In this document: positions 19,313 to 26,267 of the stretch, piece after piece | How positions within the stretch are numbered: the first letter of the stretch is position 1 | How the letters are laid out: each line of letters begins with the position of its first letter | Origin: an uncultured Acidobacteriaceae bacterium | GTDB lineage: Bacteria > Acidobacteriota > Terriglobia > Terriglobales > Acidobacteriaceae | Assembly: GCA_963807145.1 (NCBI GenBank) | Contig: CAWEBA010000025.1 | Location: 39,922-103,921 of the forward strand | Direction: 5' to 3' | DNA: 64,000 nt | Program-made: the position numbers and the translations under genes | Notes under the pieces: model-generated | Databases searched by the model: none | Told to the model about the DNA's origin: nothing | The model's input: only the letters and a program-made list of their open reading frames with translations

Positions 19313-19951
19313 ATGAATGAATTTGACGTTCCATCTTATCTTGAAGAGTTGTCCGCCACCATCCAAAAGCTTCCCCTACCGGCGATTGACCGCCTGGTTC
19401 GCGTGTTCTTTGAGGCTTACGAACGGGGCCGGACCATTTTCCTTTTTGGCAATGGAGGCAGTGCCGCGCTGGCGTCTCACATGGCTTGTGACCTGGGCAA
19501 GGGCACGGCGCCGGCCGCCGGCAAACGCCTGCGCGCCGTTGCTCTCACCGACAACGTCGCTTTGATCACGGCCTGGGCCAACGACGCGCGCTACGAAGAC
19601 ATTTTTGCTGAACAGCTCGAGAACCTGCTTCATCCCGGCGACGTGGCCTGCGCCATCAGCGCCAGCGGGAACTCTCCCAACATTCTTGCAGCCCTGAGTT
19701 TCGCGCGCCGGGCGGGAGCGGCCACGGCCGGCATCACCGGCTTCCAGGGAGGCAAGATGAAATCCTTCTGCGATGTGTGCGTGGTGGTTCCCTCCGACAA
19801 CATGCAGATCATCGAGGACCTGCATGTCTCCATTTCTCACGCCGTGTTTCGCGTCTTGCGGCATGAGATTCAGCGGGCGAACCCTGCCTGCGCCGCGATG
19901 GCTGGGACCAGCGCTGCCGTTGGACATTCGGCGGCTAGCCCACTCTGCTAG
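19313..19951 (+). CDS. gmhA: SIS-domain sedoheptulose-7-phosphate isomerase
   Basis: IFLFGNGGSAALASHMACDLGKG, ISASGNSPN and EDLHVSISH give a GmhA-type SIS fold. The heptose kinase and nucleotidyltransferase genes are nearby. Confidence 0.8.
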   Translation: MNEFDVPSYLEELSATIQKLPLPAIDRLVRVFFEAYERGRTIFLFGNGGSAALASHMACDLGKGTAPAAGKRLRAVALTDNVALITAWANDARYEDIFAEQLENLLHPGDVACAISASGNSPNILAALSFARRAGAATAGITGFQGGKMKSFCDVCVVVPSDNMQIIEDLHVSISHAVFRVLRHEIQRANPACAAMAGTSAAVGHSAASPLC

Positions 19952-20074
19952 GCGCAACGAAAGAAAGCAAAAACGGAACGCATCACGCGAGCGCATCCTG
20001 AAATGCTCGTCACGAGATGAAAGAGGGCAGATGAAGATCCAGAGATCACGAGACCTGAGAGATAAGAATCCAGC

Positions 20075-21550
20075 ATGAAACCAGAGCAGCTTCGCAACCG
20101 AATTCTGGCGGCTGACCTGGCGTGGATTCCCGTGGCGCTGGCCGCCGAGCAAGGTCTGTGCTCGGGGCTGCATTGCCGCCAGATCCCGCTGGGGCCGTCG
20201 AACTTTGTGGTCTATGTGGTGTGCACCGTCTTCGCCTGGGTGTTGCTCTCGGAAAGCCTGCATCTGGATGGATTTCGGGGAGGGTGGCGGCTGCCCGCCA
20301 TGATTTCGCACCTCTTGTTGGCCGCTGCCCTCCTGATGGTGCTCTTGCTCGCAGTAGCGAATGCGTCGGAGAGATACGTCGGGCGGATGACCCTCAGCGT
20401 CTTCACGCTGTTTCTGCTGGTTGGCTTTTTCTGCATTCGCTGGGCGGCACTGCGCATCGTCTTGCAGCGCTACAAGAATGGGGATGTCCATCGCGTCGTG
20501 ATCCTCGGTTCCGATCAATTAGCGACGGAATTAGCGGCCAAATTCAGCCACCATCCCGAACTTCTGTGCCAGGTAGTCGGGTTTCTATGCCCGGGAATCG
20601 AAGGCCCGCCGGTGCGGCCCGGCCGCAACGCCTACGCGGCTTCGACAACCGTTTCCACCATGGAGGTGATCGGCCTGCTGCGGCGGCTCAACGTCGACGA
20701 GCTGGTGATGGCGCACACGGCTGCCTCGAATGAAATCCTGAACCTGGTTGCGCTCTGCCGCCAGCAAGCCATCCGGGTCAGCCTGGTTCCGCAGCCCTAC
20801 GAACTTTATCTTTCGCGCCCCAGCTTGATCGACCTGGGAGGGTTGCCTTTGCTCCAGTTCGCGGAGTTAGAGCCGCCCGCTTCGGCGGGAATCGGGAAAT
20901 GTCTCCTGGATTTTTCTCTAGGTCTTGTTCTAGCCGCGCTCACCCTGCCCGTCATTCTGTTTTGCGGCGCGGTTCTCCGCGTCTCTACCGGCAAAGCCTT
21001 GCGCTGGGAAACGCGGACCGGCTGGCGCGGCGTCCCCTTCTCCATGCTGCGCCTCAACGTGGATCTCCATCCCCAAAGCGGATCGGCCTTCGAACGCGTA
21101 CTCCGGCAATTGAGCATCTCTGAACTGCCACAGCTCTGGAACGTCATTCGCGGAGAGATGAGCCTGGTGGGACCGCGCCCGGAAGGTCCGGAGCGGGCCA
21201 GCCGTTATTCTGCCTGGCAGCGGCAACGGCTCTCAGTAAAGCCGGGGATGACGGGACTCGCCCAGGTGCAGGGCCTGCGCGAACAGCATGCCTCGGAGGA
21301 TAAAACCCGGCACGACCTGCAATACATGCTGCATCCTTCCTTGTTGAGGGATCTCTCGCTGCTCATCGAGACAGTTTGGACTCTGACCGTTCGTTTGATC
21401 AATCTGCCTCGGCGTGCGTTGACCGATAGCGCTACCCAACCGAGCCCCACCCACAGTGTTGCGCTGCACTCGATCCTATATTCCCCCGGCACCCAGTCTT
21501 TTCCGGAGATGTTACAGCATGCTCATCGGACGCAGTCCGGTTCGGATTAG
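20075..21550 (+). CDS. Large WbaP/EpsB-type polyprenyl-phosphate sugar transferase homologue with degenerate catalytic motifs
   Basis: N-terminal TM bundle, a Rossmann-like middle (VVILGSDQLATELAAKF...VVGFL), a re-entrant helix (LLDFSLGLVLAALTLPVILF) and MSLVGPRPE, KPGMTGLAQVQG. However, it has ISELPQL instead of LDELPQL and FSMLRLNV instead of KFRTM. Confidence 0.8.
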   Translation: MKPEQLRNRILAADLAWIPVALAAEQGLCSGLHCRQIPLGPSNFVVYVVCTVFAWVLLSESLHLDGFRGGWRLPAMISHLLLAAALLMVLLLAVANASERYVGRMTLSVFTLFLLVGFFCIRWAALRIVLQRYKNGDVHRVVILGSDQLATELAAKFSHHPELLCQVVGFLCPGIEGPPVRPGRNAYAASTTVSTMEVIGLLRRLNVDELVMAHTAASNEILNLVALCRQQAIRVSLVPQPYELYLSRPSLIDLGGLPLLQFAELEPPASAGIGKCLLDFSLGLVLAALTLPVILFCGAVLRVSTGKALRWETRTGWRGVPFSMLRLNVDLHPQSGSAFERVLRQLSISELPQLWNVIRGEMSLVGPRPEGPERASRYSAWQRQRLSVKPGMTGLAQVQGLREQHASEDKTRHDLQYMLHPSLLRDLSLLIETVWTLTVRLINLPRRALTDSATQPSPTHSVALHSILYSPGTQSFPEMLQHAHRTQSGSD

Positions 21551-22601
21551 TTTCGGCGGAGGCGGCACCGACCTGCCCTCGTATTATGAGCAGTTTGGCG
21601 GAGCCGTGCTTAGCACCGCCATCAACAAGTATTTCTATACCGTCCTTGGCAATCGGGCAGATGGCCGCATCCAGGTGATCTCCTCCGATCTCCGCCTGTT
21701 CGGCAACTGGAGCGATCTCACTGCCCTGCCCACCAGCGACAGTGGCCTGGAGATTCCGCTCGCGGTGCTCAAGGATCTGGGCGCGGACCTGGCCGCCGAT
21801 TTGTTCCTGGCTTCCGAAATTCCCCCCGGCACTGGCCTTGGGTCATCCGCCAGCGTTTGTGTGAATCTGTTGAAAGTGCTTACCACCTACATGCGTTCGC
21901 CGCTGTCGAAGTACGATCTGGCGGAGCGCGCCTTCCGCATTACTCGCTTCGGCCTGAAACGGCATGTGGGCAAGCAGGATGAATATGCCGCTGCCTTCGG
22001 CGGCCTCAACTACATTCGCTTCGGCGCAGATGGAACGACTCAGGTTGAGCCGCTTCATCTCGATCCGGGGGTTCTCTCCGCGTTGCAGTCGAATCTCATG
22101 CTGTTCTTCACTGGAGCCGCCCACCATTCCTGGGACATACTTGCCGACCAGGAAAAATCCACGCGCGTCGCAGACGGACCTGCTGTGGAAGCGCTGCACC
22201 AGGTGAAAGAAGCGGCCGCCCTTATGAAAGAGGCTCTGCTATGCGGCGACCTCGAGCACTTCGGCCATCTGCTCGACGATGCCTGGCAATCCAAGAAGCG
22301 CATTTCCCAGCGCATTTCGAGCGAGCGCATTGACCATCTCTACGAAGTAGCGCGCGAGCACGGCGTTCTCGGCGGCAAGATTACCGGCGCCGGCGGCGGT
22401 GGTTTCCTTCTGCTCTACTGCGAACCCCCCTGCCAGGATGCGGTGCGCTCCGCCATGCAGGCCGAGGGCGTGCAGGAGATGGCCTTCGCCTTCGACGGCC
22501 AGGGCGCCCAAGTAATCGTCAACGACCCCTTCATCGACCGTGACGAACGTGCGGGAACACGATGGACCTTCCTGCCGCTTTCTGAGGCGGCGACGGTCTG
22601 A
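21519..22601 (+). CDS. hddA: GHMP-family sugar kinase (D-glycero-D-manno-heptose-7-phosphate kinase-like)
   Basis: MLIGRSPVRISFGGGGTDLPSYYEQFGGAVLSTAINKYFY and the GHMP motif PPGTGLGSSASVCVNLL, then GGKITGAGGGGFLL. ATG 21519 overlaps the end of the previous gene. Confidence 0.8.
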   Translation: MLIGRSPVRISFGGGGTDLPSYYEQFGGAVLSTAINKYFYTVLGNRADGRIQVISSDLRLFGNWSDLTALPTSDSGLEIPLAVLKDLGADLAADLFLASEIPPGTGLGSSASVCVNLLKVLTTYMRSPLSKYDLAERAFRITRFGLKRHVGKQDEYAAAFGGLNYIRFGADGTTQVEPLHLDPGVLSALQSNLMLFFTGAAHHSWDILADQEKSTRVADGPAVEALHQVKEAAALMKEALLCGDLEHFGHLLDDAWQSKKRISQRISSERIDHLYEVAREHGVLGGKITGAGGGGFLLLYCEPPCQDAVRSAMQAEGVQEMAFAFDGQGAQVIVNDPFIDRDERAGTRWTFLPLSEAATV

Positions 22602-22635
22602 GATCCGCAAAATATCTCGTGCGCGAGGCCACGCC

Positions 22636-23454
22636 TTGAAAGCCTTTTTGCTTGCCGGCGGCCACGGTACGCGTCTGCGGCCTCTCACCGACTCCGTTCC
22701 CAAATGCCTGGTGCCGATTCGCGGCCGGCCTCTGCTCAATATCTGGCTTGATCTCTGTGCCCGCTCCGGCATCACAGAAGTCCTCATCAACCTGCACGCT
22801 CACTCCGAGACTATTGAGCGGCATCTCCAGCAGAGTCGCTCGCCGGTGGATGTTGGCCTTGCAGTAGAGGTTCGCCTCGTCCGCGAAGAACAGCTGCTGG
22901 GTTCGGCGGGAACGATCGCAGCCAATCGCGCCTGGGTCGGCTCCGATCCCGCATTCTGGATTCTTTATTCCGACGTTCTCACCAACACTGACCTGAATCG
23001 CATGAGTGAATTTCATTTTAGCCACGGAGCAGTTGCGACACTCGGCCTTTACCAGGTGCCCGATCCTTCACGCTGCGGCGTTGCCGTCATGGACCATAGG
23101 GGAGTCATCATCGACTTTGAAGAAAAGCCACAAGCCCCGCACAGCGATTGGGTGTTCTCGGGACTAATCCTCGCAGATCGCCGTCTGTTCGATGTAATCC
23201 CCCCCGATATTCCGGCGGATCTCGCGTTTCACGTTTTGCCGCGCCTCATCGGCAAAATGCGCGGCTATCCCATCGAAGACTACTTGCTCGATATAGGCAC
23301 GGTGTCCAACTACCAGAAGGCGCAGGTCACTTGGCCGGGCAATGGAGGCGATTCACTCGGGCCACAGCAAAATAAGAAGCTAGGCTCCCCCGCCGAGCAA
23401 CCAGCAAGCCGCAGGCCTTCGACGCATCGCATGCTGCCCGGAGAACTCTCATGA
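22636..23454 (+). CDS. hddC: Sugar-1-phosphate nucleotidyltransferase (HddC-like heptose-1-phosphate guanylyltransferase, putative)
   Basis: KAFLLAGGHGTRLRPLTDSVPKCLVPIRGRPLL is the NTP-transferase signature. TTG 22636 is the proposed start. Specificity is inferred from the adjacent gmhA and hddA only. Confidence 0.65.
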   Translation: MKAFLLAGGHGTRLRPLTDSVPKCLVPIRGRPLLNIWLDLCARSGITEVLINLHAHSETIERHLQQSRSPVDVGLAVEVRLVREEQLLGSAGTIAANRAWVGSDPAFWILYSDVLTNTDLNRMSEFHFSHGAVATLGLYQVPDPSRCGVAVMDHRGVIIDFEEKPQAPHSDWVFSGLILADRRLFDVIPPDIPADLAFHVLPRLIGKMRGYPIEDYLLDIGTVSNYQKAQVTWPGNGGDSLGPQQNKKLGSPAEQPASRRPSTHRMLPGELS

Positions 23455-24161
23455 GTTCTCAGCAACTGCGAGGTGTCATCTTCGATATGGATGGCGTGCT
23501 GGTCAACAGTCACGGCGTGCATCGCCGCGCCTGGCGCTTGTTTTTCCAGACGCTCGGACGCGATGTCCCCGAGTCTGAACTGGATTTCATTCTTGATGGG
23601 CGCAAGCGCGGTGACATCCTGCGGCATTTTCTCGGAAACTGTCCCGATCCCGAGCTTGAGGAATTCGGCCGGCGCAAGGATTGCATCTTCCGCCAAATGC
23701 GGCTCGAGATTGCCCCCGTTCCGGGCGCCATCCGCTTTGTACGCGAACTTCGCCGCAGCGGCGCCACTCTGGCCTTGGCGACGTCAGCTAGCCGCAGCCG
23801 GGCGCGCTCGACGCTGGCCGAATTAGGATTGCTGAACTGCTTCGCAGAGGTCGTGACGGGGGAAGATGTGCTTTTGGGTAAGCCCGATCCCAGTATCTAC
23901 CGACTGGCCTGTAAGCGCTTGGGGATCGCCTGCGACCGTCTGTTGGCGGTCGAAGACGCTATTTCAGGAATTCAGGCAGCAATCGGTGCTGGCTTGCGTT
24001 GCGTCGGAGTGGCATTGCATGAGACGCCAGAGAAGCTCACCACGGCAGGCGCGGCTCATGTGGTGCAGGACTTCGAGACTCTGTCGCTGCAGGAGCTGGA
24101 ATGCATTCTGTTCCGTCGCGACCCGATCCCTCGCCCGGCTGCTGCGGCCGGCAGCGGCTAA
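23451..24161 (+). CDS. HAD-IA family phosphatase (beta-phosphoglucomutase-like subfamily)
   Basis: VIFDMDGVLVNS (DxDG motif I), LATSAS (motif II) and VEDAISGIQAAIGAG (motif IV). There is an ATGA overlap with the upstream gene. Confidence 0.8.
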   Translation: MSSQQLRGVIFDMDGVLVNSHGVHRRAWRLFFQTLGRDVPESELDFILDGRKRGDILRHFLGNCPDPELEEFGRRKDCIFRQMRLEIAPVPGAIRFVRELRRSGATLALATSASRSRARSTLAELGLLNCFAEVVTGEDVLLGKPDPSIYRLACKRLGIACDRLLAVEDAISGIQAAIGAGLRCVGVALHETPEKLTTAGAAHVVQDFETLSLQELECILFRRDPIPRPAAAAGSG

Positions 24162-24841
24162 ACGCTAAGACCCTCGTTGCGGCAAACCTCCACAATGGAC
24201 AGCCGGTCCTGCGCTCCCACTTTGCGCAGCATACGATGCACGTGGTTCTTCACGGTTTGTTCAGAGAGGTTCAGGCGAGCCGCAATTTCCTTATTCGTGA
24301 GCCCCTGCTGAATCAACCCCACCAATTCCTGCTCTCTGCGGCTTAGCCCAAGACTGTTCTTGAGATGCAAGCTCGGAATGGCGGGGCGGTGCCGTGCCAC
24401 CCACTGAAACAGCGCGACGGAGAGCGCCGCTGGGCAGACTGCTTCGCCTGTAGCAACCGCTCGAATGGTGCGTGCCACTTCCACTGCGGACGCGTCTTTG
24501 AGCACGTAACCTACAACGCCGGCTTGTACCGCACGAAGAAAAACCGCCTCTTCGGCTTCCATGCCGACCATTACTATTCTGATGGCGGGGTCCAGTCGTT
24601 GCAGTTCGCGTACGAAACCGCGCTCCGCCAGAACCGGCAACACAGAATCGAGCACCACCACGCTGGCTCGCGTCGACACGATCTGCTCCAACGTTGTGGG
24701 GCCGAATGAGCCCGAGCCGAGCACGCGGATGTCATCTTTCTTCGAAAGAATGCGCAATAATGCTTCGCGCAGCAGTCGATTCTCAGCCAGCAGAAAAACT
24801 CCGGCAACCGTTCCCGAAAATCCTGAAACTACTGCTCCCAT
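24158..24841 (-). CDS. Orphan NarL/FixJ (LuxR-HTH) response regulator with atypical receiver
   Basis: The C-terminal LSRREQELVGLIQQGLTNKEIAARLNLSEQTVKNHVHRMLRKVG is a LuxR HTH. The receiver keeps VVVLDS (Asp) and LKD (Lys). It has AEN instead of the DD pair and VMVGM instead of the T/S position. No histidine kinase gene is nearby. Confidence 0.8.
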   Translation of the reverse strand: MGAVVSGFSGTVAGVFLLAENRLLREALLRILSKKDDIRVLGSGSFGPTTLEQIVSTRASVVVLDSVLPVLAERGFVRELQRLDPAIRIVMVGMEAEEAVFLRAVQAGVVGYVLKDASAVEVARTIRAVATGEAVCPAALSVALFQWVARHRPAIPSLHLKNSLGLSRREQELVGLIQQGLTNKEIAARLNLSEQTVKNHVHRMLRKVGAQDRLSIVEVCRNEGLSV

Positions 24842-25054
24842 CTGCTGACCAATCCCGCCTCGCACTCTTCTTCCTGGCCGAAAACTCCCCACTGTAGCTG
24901 CCGTACTGCATTGTCGCGGCTCACTTCTCCACGCTAGCTGCCCAGTAAATGCGAGGTCAAGGGGAAAGCCTGTCTTGACGGGTTGGCGGTTCCCGCGGCG
25001 GGAAGGTCTCGTACGGATTCCGAAAATGGTCCTTTGCGGAGCCAGTGTGCGGCT

Positions 25055-26134
25055 TCAGTTCTTCCGATTCGTGGGTGCGGTCAGCAGATTGACAAACATC
25101 GTGTAAAACTTCTCCAGGTCCACATCATCCTGCACTTCGACCGGCGGCATTTCGATCTTAGGTTTATTCCGGTCCGTCCAGCTCAAGGTATTGCCATAAC
25201 CGGCGCCGCGATCCAGGTCCACATCCATGAAGAGCGTTTCCTTCTTCGTAATCAAGCTCGGATCGAGCCACGCCGCCGCCGCCAGTTCGTCCCAAAGGTA
25301 ATTGTAGTTGCCGCGCAGGCGCGCATACTTGCCGACGTAGCGCGCCACCGGCGCATCTGCCGCCTTTATTCTATTGATCAGGTCCGCAGTCAGCCTCGTC
25401 TTCACCGAAATATCCACCGTCGTGCAGACGATTCTCTTCCACGGCGCGCGCAGCACGCTGTGAGCCGCTTCCGGATCGAACCACAGGTTGAACTCATGCG
25501 TTGGAGTGTTGGCGAACTCAGGGTCGTCAGTCCGCGGATTGAAGCTGCCTCCCATGAACACCAGTTCTTTAGCCAGTCCCGCGAACTCGGGGTCGAGCGA
25601 AATGGCAAGGGCCAGGTTGGTCATAGGGCCGCCTTCGTAAATCGTGACTTGGTTAGGAAACTTATGCACCATGCGCACCATAAAGTGCGCCGCGTCTTCA
25701 TCGGCCGGCTTGGTCGTCGGCTTGCCCTCAGGCATCTCTCCCAGCTGATCCGACGGATGATAGAACTTGGGAGTCCAGGCTCCCAGCCACGCAACCTCGC
25801 CATATTCCCGTTCCCATCGTTCCGTCTCTTCTCTTCGCCGAACCAGCGGATACTCCGCTCCCGGCACCACAGGGATGTCGGTCCGTCCAATAAGTTCAAG
25901 CATGCGCAAAGTGTGCGCCACTTCCTCATGAAGCCACTGATCGCCCGTCACCACCGTGATGCCCAGGACCTCCACCTGGGGCGACTGGATCAGCAACAGC
26001 ATCGACTGCTGGTCGGTCCCCGCAGGACCAGCCGCATCTTGATCGATGATGACCTTCCGACTCGTTTGAGCCGAAGCGACAAACGCACTGAGGAAAAGAC
26101 CGGCGGCAATGCAACGGATGAGGAATGATTTCAT
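25055..26134 (-). CDS. Inosine-uridine-preferring nucleoside hydrolase family protein, exported
   Basis: Signal peptide MKSFLIRCIAAGLFLSAFVASAQT, then the IUNH N-terminal Asp cluster VIIDQDAAGPAGTDQQSM...GITVVTGD. Confidence 0.85.
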   Translation of the reverse strand: MKSFLIRCIAAGLFLSAFVASAQTSRKVIIDQDAAGPAGTDQQSMLLLIQSPQVEVLGITVVTGDQWLHEEVAHTLRMLELIGRTDIPVVPGAEYPLVRRREETERWEREYGEVAWLGAWTPKFYHPSDQLGEMPEGKPTTKPADEDAAHFMVRMVHKFPNQVTIYEGGPMTNLALAISLDPEFAGLAKELVFMGGSFNPRTDDPEFANTPTHEFNLWFDPEAAHSVLRAPWKRIVCTTVDISVKTRLTADLINRIKAADAPVARYVGKYARLRGNYNYLWDELAAAAWLDPSLITKKETLFMDVDLDRGAGYGNTLSWTDRNKPKIEMPPVEVQDDVDLEKFYTMFVNLLTAPTNRKN

Positions 26135-26220
26135 GGTCGCTCTCAAGAATTTTAAAGCAGCGCCCGACGATCGCGTCCTTCGATCTTATCGAGCCTTCGC
26201 GATTCCAGCGCCAAAACAAT

Positions 26221-26245
26221 GGGCAGACCGAACGTCGGTCTGCCC
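26221..26245 (-). terminator. Putative intrinsic terminator after the TonB receptor gene
   Basis: A perfect 11-bp stem (gggcagaccga / tcggtctgccc) with a 3-nt loop, 23 nt past the receptor stop. On the minus strand it is followed by ATTGTTTTGG. Confidence 0.5.
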
Positions 26246-26267
26246 CAAGCGGAACGCTGTTCGGGCT

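Noticed and set aside
19376-20518. 380-aa minus-strand ORF spanning gmhA and the start of the large transferase
   Set aside because: It crosses an intergenic region and two well-supported plus-strand genes and has no recognisable domain. It is a shadow ORF.
24983-26128. 381-aa plus-strand ORF
   Set aside because: It is entirely antisense to the well-supported nucleoside hydrolase gene. The translation is Arg/His/Pro-rich with no motif. This is the typical long shadow ORF of GC-rich DNA.
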